NCBI GenBank assembly: GCA_963704755.1
Contig: OY969938.1
Location: 1,650,001-1,682,000, forward strand
Length of the DNA stretch: 32,000 nucleotides
Reading direction: 5' to 3'
Source: an uncultured Chloroflexia bacterium
GTDB lineage: Bacteria > Chloroflexota > Anaerolineae > Anaerolineales > Anaerolineaceae
Shown: positions 1 through 7,872 of the stretch, piece by piece
Numbering within the stretch: the first letter of the stretch is position 1
Layout of the letters: the number at the start of each line of letters is the position of its first letter
Position numbers and translations under genes: made by a program
The notes under the pieces: generated by a model
Database searches by the model: none
Seen by the model: only the letters and a program-made list of their open reading frames with translations
What the model was told of the DNA's origin: nothing

Positions 1-105
1 ACAAACCACAAATAATTCACAGTAACAGGAGAGCAACGTATTCAACATTATTGGCAATCGGTTTCAAATTCTCACATCCACCATTCTTCATAAGGAGCAA
101 TCTGT

Positions 106-1077
106 ATGAAACAGAAATTTTCTTTTCGTATTTTGGCTTTAGCACTGATCCTAGTGCTGTTTGCCGGTGTGGCCTTCGTTGGTGATGTAGCCGCCGACCA
201 GAATACACCCCAATCCGTTGGGACGGCGTTTTCCTACCAGGGGAAGCTTTACGAGAGCGCCACACCTGCTAACGGAACATACGACTTCCAATTCACGTTG
301 TTCGGCCAACAGAATAGCGGCAGCGCAATCGCCGGCCCAATTTCGAAAAATGATGTCGAAGTAAATGATGGCCTCTTTACGGTCAGCCTGGATTTTGGCG
401 CGAACAGTTTTAATGGCGGTGACCGCTGGCTGGAAATCGCTGTACGCCCTGGAAATGAAACCGGTTTTTACACCACCCTCGTTCCTCGCCAGCAAATTTC
501 CCCCACCCCTTACGCCATTTATTCCGATACGGCCGGTAAAGTGGACTGGAGCGGCATCCAGAATGTGCCGGCCAGCCTGGCCGATGGCGACCAGGATACC
601 ACTTATACCGCTGGGAATGGGCTCAACCTGACAGACACTCAATTCTCTCTGGCTTCGCACCTGAATGTGACCGGCATGGCTGCGCCTTCCGACACGGTTC
701 AGCTGGGCGACGTTTACAAAAACAACCAGATCATCGCCTGGGCAAAAGTTCAGGCCAATGGTTCGCTGGCTTCCGACGGCTTCAATTTTGGGATCCAATC
801 GGTAACTCACCAGGGTACCGGGGATTATCTGATCAAATTGGACGTATCCGTGCCCGATGGCGGGTTCATCGCCCCGGTTGTTTCTCCAGAAGTGGACTAT
901 GCTGATCTCACTCAACCAACCCCTGCATTAACAGACATCCCCATCGCCGTGGTGGACCAGTTAGGCGATATCCACGTAACTTCGAACCAGTTTGGGGTGT
1001 ATATGTTCGACGCAACGGGAGAGTTTGTTGATAATGACTTCATCGTCATCGTAACGGGCGGCGGAGTTCTCCCCTAG
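106..1077 (+). CDS. Secreted protein of unknown function (signal peptide; beta-rich adhesin/tail-fibre-like)
   Basis: 323-aa ORF with AAGGAG about 7 nt upstream of the ATG. The N-terminus MKQKFSFRILALALILVLFAGVAFVGDVAA has a basic n-region, a hydrophobic core and a small-residue cleavage context. The mature part is rich in Gly/Thr/Asn/Asp and has no catalytic motif I recognise. Confidence 0.7.
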   Translation: MKQKFSFRILALALILVLFAGVAFVGDVAADQNTPQSVGTAFSYQGKLYESATPANGTYDFQFTLFGQQNSGSAIAGPISKNDVEVNDGLFTVSLDFGANSFNGGDRWLEIAVRPGNETGFYTTLVPRQQISPTPYAIYSDTAGKVDWSGIQNVPASLADGDQDTTYTAGNGLNLTDTQFSLASHLNVTGMAAPSDTVQLGDVYKNNQIIAWAKVQANGSLASDGFNFGIQSVTHQGTGDYLIKLDVSVPDGGFIAPVVSPEVDYADLTQPTPALTDIPIAVVDQLGDIHVTSNQFGVYMFDATGEFVDNDFIVIVTGGGVLP

Positions 1078-1087
1078 GAGGGCAGCC

Positions 1088-1387
1088 ATGAAGACCTTCA
1101 ATTTCGGGCGGGTTAGTCTAATCTTCGTGGTCGTCGCTCTGGCCTTGCTGCTGGTCACTACCGCTGCTTTTGCTGCCGGGAGCATGGAAATTCCCTGGTG
1201 GTCGGCGACGGGCAGCGGCGGAACGGCAATGACAGGGGGCAATTACTCCGTTTCGGGTATTGCCGGGCAGCCATACGCCGGCGTCGCCATGTCCGGCGGG
1301 GCGTTTTCACTGGAAAGTGGTTTCTTACACGGAGCCACGGCCACCATCGCAAACTTTTTCATTTACTTACCCCAAGTGGTCCGTTAG
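1088..1387 (+). CDS. Small secreted Gly-rich protein of unknown function
   Basis: 99-aa ORF starting 10 nt after the previous stop, with AGGAGG upstream. The signal-peptide-like N-terminus is MKTFNFGRVSLIFVVVALALLLVTTAAFAAG. It contains a duplicated GGxxS(V/L)xxG(I/F)-type motif (GGNYSVSGIAGQPYAG ... GGAFSLESGF). Confidence 0.55.
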   Translation: MKTFNFGRVSLIFVVVALALLLVTTAAFAAGSMEIPWWSATGSGGTAMTGGNYSVSGIAGQPYAGVAMSGGAFSLESGFLHGATATIANFFIYLPQVVR

Positions 1388-1492
1388 TATCGCATCTTTC
1401 CGAAGTGGGGATGCATTTCGTCCGATCCGAGTGCGTCCCCACTCCTTTAATTCCTTGGCGGAGGTAACTACTCAGCTACCGCAAAAGAGAAC

Positions 1493-1543
1493 GTGTTTTT
1501 ATCGATTTTCACGTGCTCCGCACGCGAAAATCGATAAAAACAC
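1493..1543. repeat. Long imperfect inverted repeat / stem-loop (23-nt arms, one mismatch, 5-nt loop)
   Basis: gtgtttttatcgattttcAcgtg (1493-1515) pairs with cacgCgaaaatcgataaaaacac (1521-1543). I checked it base by base: the only mismatch is 1511/1525. No U-tract follows, so it is not a canonical intrinsic terminator. Confidence 0.85.
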
Positions 1544-1591
1544 CTCTGATTTCCGAACCAGCCTGAGCAGTAACCACCGGATAAAAAAACG

Positions 1592-1638
1592 AATTTGAGG
1601 TATGGATACGGTCGATGACCGTATCCATACCTCAAATT
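1592..1638. repeat. Perfect 22-bp inverted repeat / stem-loop with a 3-nt loop, 30 nt upstream of the wzm start
   Basis: aatttgaggtatggatacggtc (1592-1613), loop gat, then gaccgtatccatacctcaaatt (1617-1638). The arms are exact reverse complements. It is followed by cagggaac, with no U-tract. Confidence 0.9.
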
Positions 1639-1667
1639 CAGGGAACTCCTGATTAAGAAGAAGGTGC

Positions 1668-2531
1668 ATGATCCAAATCGCTAAAACCCCCTCCTCTCTC
1701 ATCGAAGCATCCGCCCCACCGCATATCCACATCGAACCCATGCGCGGGTGGGTGTCTCTGCAGCTCCATGAACTATGGGCATACCGCGAACTGCTTTATT
1801 TCCTCACCTGGCGGGATGTCAAGGTGCGCTATAAGCAGACTGCCCTGGGCGCTTTGTGGGCTATCCTGGTCCCCGTCCTCAACATGGTGGTTTTCACGAT
1901 CATTTTTGGCAACTTTGCCAAAATGCCCTCGGATGGCATCCCCTACCCGATCTTCAGCTACACGGCTTTATTGCCCTGGACTTATTTTTCCACCTCCCTA
2001 TCCGGCGCCTCGAACAGCCTGCTAGGATCGGCCAGTATGATCACCAAGGTCTATTTCCCCAGGCTGATCGTACCGATATCGAGCGTTTTCTCCGGGTTGA
2101 TCGACTTTGCCTTTGCTTTCCTCGTGATGATCGGCATGATGTTTTTCTATCACACCCAGCCGACCATTTACGTTTTGTTATTACCGCTTTTCTTACTTTT
2201 GGCGTTAATCACTGCGCTGGGTTTCGGGCTGTGGCTTTCGGCATTCAACGTCAAATATCGTGACGTACGCTACATTGTTCCATTCCTGATTCAATTCTGG
2301 AATTTCGCTACCCCGGTTATTTACCCCAGCAGCTTGTTGAGTGAGCCCTGGCGAACGCTTTCGGGTTTGAATCCCATGGTGGGCGTGATCGAAGGCTTCC
2401 GCTGGGCTCTTTTGGGCTCGAAACCGCCCGAGCTGATGATCCTGGTCTCCACAGTCATGGCGATCCTCGTCCTGGTGACCGGGGCCTTTTATTTCCGGCG
2501 CATGGAAAAGAACTTCGCGGACCTGGTGTAA
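1668..2531 (+). CDS. wzm: ABC-2 type polysaccharide/O-antigen export permease (Wzm/TagG family)
   Basis: 287 aa. It carries the hallmark N-terminal block WAYRELLYFLTWRDVKVRYKQTALGALWAILVPVLNMVVFTIIFG followed by about 6 hydrophobic segments. It lies immediately upstream of the cognate ATPase gene. Confidence 0.9.
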   Translation: MIQIAKTPSSLIEASAPPHIHIEPMRGWVSLQLHELWAYRELLYFLTWRDVKVRYKQTALGALWAILVPVLNMVVFTIIFGNFAKMPSDGIPYPIFSYTALLPWTYFSTSLSGASNSLLGSASMITKVYFPRLIVPISSVFSGLIDFAFAFLVMIGMMFFYHTQPTIYVLLLPLFLLLALITALGFGLWLSAFNVKYRDVRYIVPFLIQFWNFATPVIYPSSLLSEPWRTLSGLNPMVGVIEGFRWALLGSKPPELMILVSTVMAILVLVTGAFYFRRMEKNFADLV

Positions 2532-2532
2532 C

Positions 2533-3864
2533 ATGGCAAATCCATACGCGATTCAGGTTCAAAAAATAGGTAAACAATACGATATCAACCAGGCCGGGGA
2601 AGCCAGTTATGACACATTGCGCGATCAAATTGCCCATGCACTGACAGCGCCTGTCCGGCGTGTTTTTGGCAGAAATAATCACACCGACGGCATAACGCAA
2701 AAACGCCACGGCAAGGGCAAAGAGATATTTTGGGCTTTGCGGGATGTCAATTTCAATGTCGAGCCCGGCGAGGTGGTAGGGGTCATCGGCCGCAATGGCG
2801 CCGGCAAGAGCACCTTGTTGAAAATCATCACGCGCATCACCGACCCCAGCGAAGGCTCCATTGACCTGTGGGGGCGGGTGGGCTCTTTGCTCGAAGTCGG
2901 CACCGGCTTTCACAAGGAACTCTCCGGTCGCGAGAACGTCTATCTCAACGGTGCGATTCTGGGCATGAAGCGCACCGAAATCGATCGCAAATTCGACGAG
3001 ATTGTCGCCTTTGCCGAAATCGAAAAGTTCATCGATACCCAGGTGAAATTTTATTCCAGTGGCATGGGCGTCCGGCTGGCTTTTGCGGTCGCGGCGCACC
3101 TCGAGCCTGAAATTCTACTGGTAGATGAAGTTCTGGCGGTAGGCGACGCTGCATTTCAAAAGAAATGCCTGAATAAAATGGAAGACGTTGGCCGCCAGGG
3201 CCGTACCATTCTCTTCGTTTCGCATCACATGCCCTCCATTACCCGCCTGTGCCAGCGCGCCATCCTGTTAGATGGCGGCCATGTGCTTCAAGACGGGCCG
3301 GCCTATCAAGTCGTCAGCGATTACCTGACCAGCGGTTTAGGCACTTCTTCGGAGCGTATTTGGGAAGACAGGATCGATGCCCCCGGCAACGAGATCGTCC
3401 GCCTGAATTCGGTACGGGTGCGCAACAGCCGCGGACAGATCAGCGATACGATCGACATCCACGAACGGGTGGGCATTGAGATGGACTATGAGGTGCTGGT
3501 GGACGGGCAAATCCTCTACCCGCACTTCACCGTCCACAACGAGGAGGGCCAATGGCTGTTCGTCTCCTTCGATACCGATAAAGAATGGCTGCGCAAACCG
3601 CGACCGCGCGGACATTACCAGAGCACCGGCTGGATCCCAGGTAATTTACTCACCGAAGGGACCATGATGATCGGACCGGCTATGCGCACCGAAGAACCTT
3701 ATCGCCTGCACTTTCACGAACGCGACGCAGTCGCCTTTCAGGTGGTGGAAAACAACAATTCCTCGGGTGCCCGGGCCGACCATCCCGGCCATTTTCCCGG
3801 CATTATCCGCCCGCTGCTCGACTGGGAAACCCGTTATCACACCAATGGATCGGGCGGAAAATGA
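2533..3864 (+). CDS. wzt: Polysaccharide ABC exporter ATP-binding protein with a C-terminal Wzt_C-like carbohydrate-binding extension
   Basis: Walker A is GRNGAGKST, the ABC signature is YSSGMGVRLAFA, and Walker B is ILLVDEVLAVGD. About 180 extra C-terminal residues (roughly nt 3325-3861: ...EIVRLNSVRVRNSRGQISDTIDIHERVGIEMDYEVL...AVAFQVVE) have the alternating beta-strand pattern typical of Wzt C-terminal glycan-binding domains. Confidence 0.9.
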   Translation: MANPYAIQVQKIGKQYDINQAGEASYDTLRDQIAHALTAPVRRVFGRNNHTDGITQKRHGKGKEIFWALRDVNFNVEPGEVVGVIGRNGAGKSTLLKIITRITDPSEGSIDLWGRVGSLLEVGTGFHKELSGRENVYLNGAILGMKRTEIDRKFDEIVAFAEIEKFIDTQVKFYSSGMGVRLAFAVAAHLEPEILLVDEVLAVGDAAFQKKCLNKMEDVGRQGRTILFVSHHMPSITRLCQRAILLDGGHVLQDGPAYQVVSDYLTSGLGTSSERIWEDRIDAPGNEIVRLNSVRVRNSRGQISDTIDIHERVGIEMDYEVLVDGQILYPHFTVHNEEGQWLFVSFDTDKEWLRKPRPRGHYQSTGWIPGNLLTEGTMMIGPAMRTEEPYRLHFHERDAVAFQVVENNNSSGARADHPGHFPGIIRPLLDWETRYHTNGSGGK

Positions 3865-4769
3865 ACCCGGCAACTCCGCGGTTAAGCATTGGCCTTCCGG
3901 TTTTCAATGGCGAGCGCTACCTCAGCCAGGCCCTGGATTCGATCCTCGCCCAAAGCTTCCCCGATTTCGAGGTCATCGTTTCAGACAACGCCTCCACCGA
4001 TGCATCCGTCAGCATCGTCGAAACCTACATGGCTCGCGACGGGCGCATCAGCCTGTTCAAAAATTCACCTAACCGCGGGGCTGCCTGGAATTACAACTTC
4101 GTCTTCTCCCAGGCGCGCGGTGAATATTTCAAGTGGGCCGCCCACGACGATTTGTTACAGCCCACTTTTCTGGAGAAGTGCGTCGATATCCTCGACCAGG
4201 ACCCGTCAGTGGTTTTGGTCCATCCCAAAACTAAAATAATCGATGAAAACAGCCAGGTCATCGGTTCCTACGAGACCAGAATGGATACGACCGGGCAGTT
4301 GCCCAGCCAACGTTTTCACGATTTGGTGCTGACCAGGCACCCCTGCACTGCCGCCTTTGGGGTATCGCGCCGCAATATTCTCCAAAAGACACCTCTGATT
4401 GCCTCCTACGTCGGTTCTGACCGGGTGTTACTGGCCGAAATGGGACTTTACGGCCGTCTCATCGAACTGCCGGATTACCTGTTCTATCGCCGGGACCATC
4501 CCGGCGCTTCCATCCGGCGCTTTAATCCGTACGAACGCCAGGCCTGGTTCGATCAAAAGGGTGGACAGCGCGTATCGTTCCCGACCTGGCGGATCGGATG
4601 GGAGTATTTTCGGGCAGTGAACCGCGTCCCGATCGGGCTGCACGAAAAAATCGCATGCTATCGTTTGTTGGCCTTCTGGCTGCGCTGGGACCGTAAACGA
4701 TTAACGCACGACCTTGCCGTAGCCAGCGGACGTCTCATCAAAACCAAAAAGGAGCAGAGGGTACTATGA
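3861..4769 (+). CDS. Glycosyltransferase family 2
   Basis: The GT2 N-terminal signature is LSIGLPVFNGERYLSQALDSILAQSFPDFEVIVSDNASTDAS, and the DxD-like motif is AAHDDL. It has an ATGA overlap with the wzt stop. Confidence 0.88.
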   Translation: MNPATPRLSIGLPVFNGERYLSQALDSILAQSFPDFEVIVSDNASTDASVSIVETYMARDGRISLFKNSPNRGAAWNYNFVFSQARGEYFKWAAHDDLLQPTFLEKCVDILDQDPSVVLVHPKTKIIDENSQVIGSYETRMDTTGQLPSQRFHDLVLTRHPCTAAFGVSRRNILQKTPLIASYVGSDRVLLAEMGLYGRLIELPDYLFYRRDHPGASIRRFNPYERQAWFDQKGGQRVSFPTWRIGWEYFRAVNRVPIGLHEKIACYRLLAFWLRWDRKRLTHDLAVASGRLIKTKKEQRVL

Positions 4770-5539
4770 AAGTAGCAATCCTGGCCGGTGGATATGGATC
4801 CCGTCTGGCGGAAGAAACCGAGATCAAGCCTAAACCGATGGTAGAAATTGGCGGCCACCCGATGTTGTGGCACATCATGCGCTACTACTACTCGTATGGG
4901 TACAAAGATTTCGCGATTGCCCTCGGTTACAAAGGAGAAATCATCAAGCGATACTTTATGGATTACTACACCCTCAACGGCGACATGACCGTTGATTTCA
5001 GAACCGGTTCGGTCAAGTCACAAAACGGCAAGCATCTGGATTGGACCATCGAAATGATCGACACCGGCCAACAGACCCAGACCGGCGGGCGCATCAAACG
5101 CCTGGCGCAGGCCGTGGGCAACGAAACGTTTATGCTCACCTGGGGTGACGGCGTTTCGGACGTGGACCTGGATAAATTACTGGCTTTCCACCGCGCGCAC
5201 GGCAAACTGGCCACCCTCACCGCGGTGCGCCCCCCGGCGCGCTACGGCTACATGAACTTCAATGGTGACCAGGTGGTGGAATTCATGGAAAAAGCCCAAC
5301 TTATGGAAGGTTGGATCAACGGCGCCTTCTTCGTATTGGAACCCGGAATTTTTGATTACATCGATGGCGACGACACAGTCTGGGAGCACGAACCGCTCGA
5401 ACGCCTGGCACATGATGGCCAGTTGATGGCCTACCGGCACGACTCGTTCTGGCAGTGCATGGACACGCTGCGCGAAAAGCACATCCTCGAATCGATCTGG
5501 CAAAGCGGCCATGCTCCCTGGAAAAAATGGGAGGATTAA
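4766..5539 (+). CDS. rfbF: Glucose-1-phosphate cytidylyltransferase (CDP-glucose synthesis)
   Basis: 257 aa. MKVAILAGGYGSRLAEETEIKPKPMVEIGGHPMLWHIMRYYYSYGYKDFAIALGYKG is the characteristic RfbF N-terminus (GGxGxRL nucleotidyltransferase loop). The length is typical for RfbF. It has an ATGA overlap with the upstream GT2. Confidence 0.9.
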   Translation: MKVAILAGGYGSRLAEETEIKPKPMVEIGGHPMLWHIMRYYYSYGYKDFAIALGYKGEIIKRYFMDYYTLNGDMTVDFRTGSVKSQNGKHLDWTIEMIDTGQQTQTGGRIKRLAQAVGNETFMLTWGDGVSDVDLDKLLAFHRAHGKLATLTAVRPPARYGYMNFNGDQVVEFMEKAQLMEGWINGAFFVLEPGIFDYIDGDDTVWEHEPLERLAHDGQLMAYRHDSFWQCMDTLREKHILESIWQSGHAPWKKWED

Positions 5540-5541
5540 AG

Positions 5542-6585
5542 ATGCGCGTTCTTCTTACAGGACATCATGGATACATCGGAACGATTTTAGCGCCTATGTT
5601 ATTGGAAGCCGGCCACGAAGTGGTCGGCCTGGACAGCGACCTTTTTGCGGCCTGCCAGTTCGGCCCCTGGCAAGATCCCGTTCCCTCGATCCACAAGGAT
5701 ATCCGCGACGTTACCGTGGAAGACCTGGACGGGTTCGATGCCGTCCTGCACCTGGCCGGCCTGTCCAACGACCCCCTGGGAGACTTGAACCCCGAGCTGA
5801 CCTACGAAATCAATTACCGCGCCTCGGTCCGCCTGGCCAAGCTGGCCAAACAAGCCGGGGTCGACCGGTTCATCTTCTCCTCATCGTGCAGCAATTACGG
5901 CGCCGCCGGAGACGATTTACTGACCGAAGATGCAGCTTTCAACCCGGTCACGCCCTACGGTAAATCGAAAGTGCTGGTCGAGCAGGATGTGGCGGCCCTG
6001 GCCAACGAGCATTTCTCGCCTGTCTTCCTGCGCAACGCCACCGCTTACGGGGTTTCGCCCTTCCTGCGCTTCGACCTGGTGCTCAACAACCTGGTCGCCT
6101 GGGCTTTTACCACCGGCAAAGTTTACCTCAAGAGCGACGGCTCGCCCTGGCGCCCGGTAGTTCATATCGAAGATATCTCGCGCGCATTTGTGGCTGCCCT
6201 GCAGGCCCCGCGGCAGATCGTCCATAACCAGGCCTTCAACGTGGGCCGCACCACTGAAAACTACCGCGTTTCCGAGATCGCCCAAATCGTCTCCGAAACG
6301 GTACCGGGCTGCCGGGTTGAATACGCTCCCGATGCCGGGCCGGATAAACGCAATTACCGGGTGGACTGCACCAGGATCAGCCAGGTTTTGCCCGAATTCC
6401 AGCCGCAGTGGACCGTCCGCAAGGGCGCCCAGGAGCTTTACGAGGCCTATACTCGTATCGGCGTTACCCTGGAAGACTTCGAAGGGCCGCATTTCAAACG
6501 CCTCGCCCACATTCGCCAATTGCTGGCCAACGACCAACTGGATACTGCTCTGCGCTGGAATCAAAAAGAGCCGCAAAAGACTTAA
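5542..6585 (+). CDS. NAD-dependent epimerase/dehydratase (extended SDR) acting on a nucleotide sugar; exact reaction unknown
   Basis: I placed the start at ATG 5542, which is preceded by GGAGGA. The 5455 ORF extension overlaps rfbF. It has the Rossmann motif LLTGHHGYIGT and the catalytic YxxxK as PYGKSK. It does not show the TGxTGFKG / YSxSK pattern I associate with canonical CDP-glucose 4,6-dehydratase RfbG. Confidence 0.85.
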   Translation: MRVLLTGHHGYIGTILAPMLLEAGHEVVGLDSDLFAACQFGPWQDPVPSIHKDIRDVTVEDLDGFDAVLHLAGLSNDPLGDLNPELTYEINYRASVRLAKLAKQAGVDRFIFSSSCSNYGAAGDDLLTEDAAFNPVTPYGKSKVLVEQDVAALANEHFSPVFLRNATAYGVSPFLRFDLVLNNLVAWAFTTGKVYLKSDGSPWRPVVHIEDISRAFVAALQAPRQIVHNQAFNVGRTTENYRVSEIAQIVSETVPGCRVEYAPDAGPDKRNYRVDCTRISQVLPEFQPQWTVRKGAQELYEAYTRIGVTLEDFEGPHFKRLAHIRQLLANDQLDTALRWNQKEPQKT

Positions 6586-6668
6586 TCGATCAGGAGCATA
6601 TATAAAGGAAGGCGCAGCTACTTGCGCTTATCGACGTTCACAGAGACCGGTAAGAGACCAACAAAGAA

Positions 6669-7844
6669 ATGGGTGGAATGGTGGATTTGTCGTCAGGGAC
6701 ACAATCGCTCGCACAAATAAGCCGTGAATATTTACAAAAAAGCCTTTACTTCCTCCGGCGAATCCACAAACGTATCGAAAACCGGTTCAACGACTGGCAG
6801 TTTTCTTTGATCTGGAAAGCCTATGTTTCTCCCCGGCAATGGGTTCGGCATTGGCTCTTACCGGTCGCACAAACCATCCAACGGGTAGGCAAACTGTATT
6901 TCAAGCGCGGAGATAATTCGGTAATTATTTTGACCGGCGAAGCGGCCGTCACCAAAGAGCCTTTACAAATTGCCTACCTGGGCAGAAAAAAATCATTGAA
7001 TTATTTCGCCTTCAGCCTGTTCGGCAACGAGCCATTCGAGCGCAAAGAAATCGGCAAAATTCCACTGAGGACGTTGAAAAAAACCGCTCAAAAGCTCGCC
7101 CGCCAGGCCGACATGGTCATCATCGAACGCAACGACCTGCTGAAGTGGAAACCCACCTGGGGCGATTGGATCGAGACCCCCTCGACAGTGCGGCACCTCT
7201 TCAAAATTGAGCCGGGCGAACCGTGGGCTTCCATCGAGGACCGTTTCCGCGAGCAGAAACGCTATATCCATAAGGCTCAAAAAGAAAATTTCACCCTGGC
7301 GACCAGCCACAAGAAAGAAGACCTGCTCTTCTTTTACGACCAGATGCTCGTTCCCCTGGCCAAAAACAAATACGATGATCGCGCCCAAATTGCCGGGGTT
7401 AAGTATTACCTCGAGCTGTTCTCCAAAGGATTCATCACCTTTGTGGTCGCCCCGGATGGGCAGCGGGTGGCCGGGTCCTTGAACATTGTCGATGGCGATA
7501 TATACCTGGGCATGGTCCTGGGTGTGCTGAACGGCAACGATGCCTGGGTCCAAAAAGGGGTTACATCGCTTTTATACCTTTCGGACCTGCAGTATTGTCA
7601 CCAACACGGCCTGCGCCGCATCGATGTCGGCCCAAGCCTACCTTTCGCCAACGCCGGACTGTTTCGCTACAAATCCATGTGGGGCTACCGGCCCGCCCCC
7701 GACCCATGGAACTATTTGAACTGGCTGATCTGGCTGCCAAAGCAGTCTCCGGCAACCACGAGCTGGTTAGGCCGGCACCAATTTCTGACAGAATTTTGCC
7801 GCTTCTCGAGCACCGAAGTCGCTAATATCAGCCGAGCGGTTTAG
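6669..7844 (+). CDS. FemABX / Acetyltransf_6-like (two-GNAT-domain) acyl- or aminoacyl-transferase family protein, paralogue 1 of 3
   Basis: 391 aa. The C-terminal half has a FemAB/BioF2-CelD-like layout: basic K/R-rich block (KRYIHKAQKENF), FFYDQM, PDGQRVAG, LNGNDAWVQKG, RRIDVG, and LFRYKSMWGYRP at the end. It is colinear with the next two genes. Assignment is by eye only. Confidence 0.55.
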   Translation: MGGMVDLSSGTQSLAQISREYLQKSLYFLRRIHKRIENRFNDWQFSLIWKAYVSPRQWVRHWLLPVAQTIQRVGKLYFKRGDNSVIILTGEAAVTKEPLQIAYLGRKKSLNYFAFSLFGNEPFERKEIGKIPLRTLKKTAQKLARQADMVIIERNDLLKWKPTWGDWIETPSTVRHLFKIEPGEPWASIEDRFREQKRYIHKAQKENFTLATSHKKEDLLFFYDQMLVPLAKNKYDDRAQIAGVKYYLELFSKGFITFVVAPDGQRVAGSLNIVDGDIYLGMVLGVLNGNDAWVQKGVTSLLYLSDLQYCHQHGLRRIDVGPSLPFANAGLFRYKSMWGYRPAPDPWNYLNWLIWLPKQSPATTSWLGRHQFLTEFCRFSSTEVANISRAV

Positions 7845-7872
7845 AAGGACCCATCGAAACGCGAATTTTATC

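Noticed and set aside
151-915. 254-aa ORF on the minus strand, antisense to the secreted-protein gene
   Set aside because: It lies entirely within and opposite a better-supported + strand gene that has an SD and a signal peptide. Its translation is low-complexity and Arg/Gly/Val-rich with no motifs. This is a typical shadow ORF in GC-rich coding DNA.
5455-5541. Upstream extensions of track ORFs: 5455 for the SDR, 10512 for AsnB-like, 20955 for the GT2, 22564 for kdsD, 23798 for kdsA, 24507 for the GT-B protein and 30204 for the Wzy_C protein
   Set aside because: The extensions overlap the preceding gene in another frame and encode Arg/Pro-rich junk. Internal ATGs with SD sites or ATGA coupling give N-termini matching the family consensus, for example MRVLLTGHHGYIGT and MTHPLAF...GPC.
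5917-6576. 219-aa minus-strand ORF opposite the SDR gene. Similar long antisense ORFs lie at 10779-11393, 11787-12302, 13960-14682, 20041-20574, 26162-26956, 26871-27560 and 28199-28963.
   Set aside because: All are embedded antisense in + strand genes that carry unmistakable family motifs. Their products are Arg/Gly/Pro/Ala-rich with no recognisable domains or starts with SD sites. I treated them as frame shadows.
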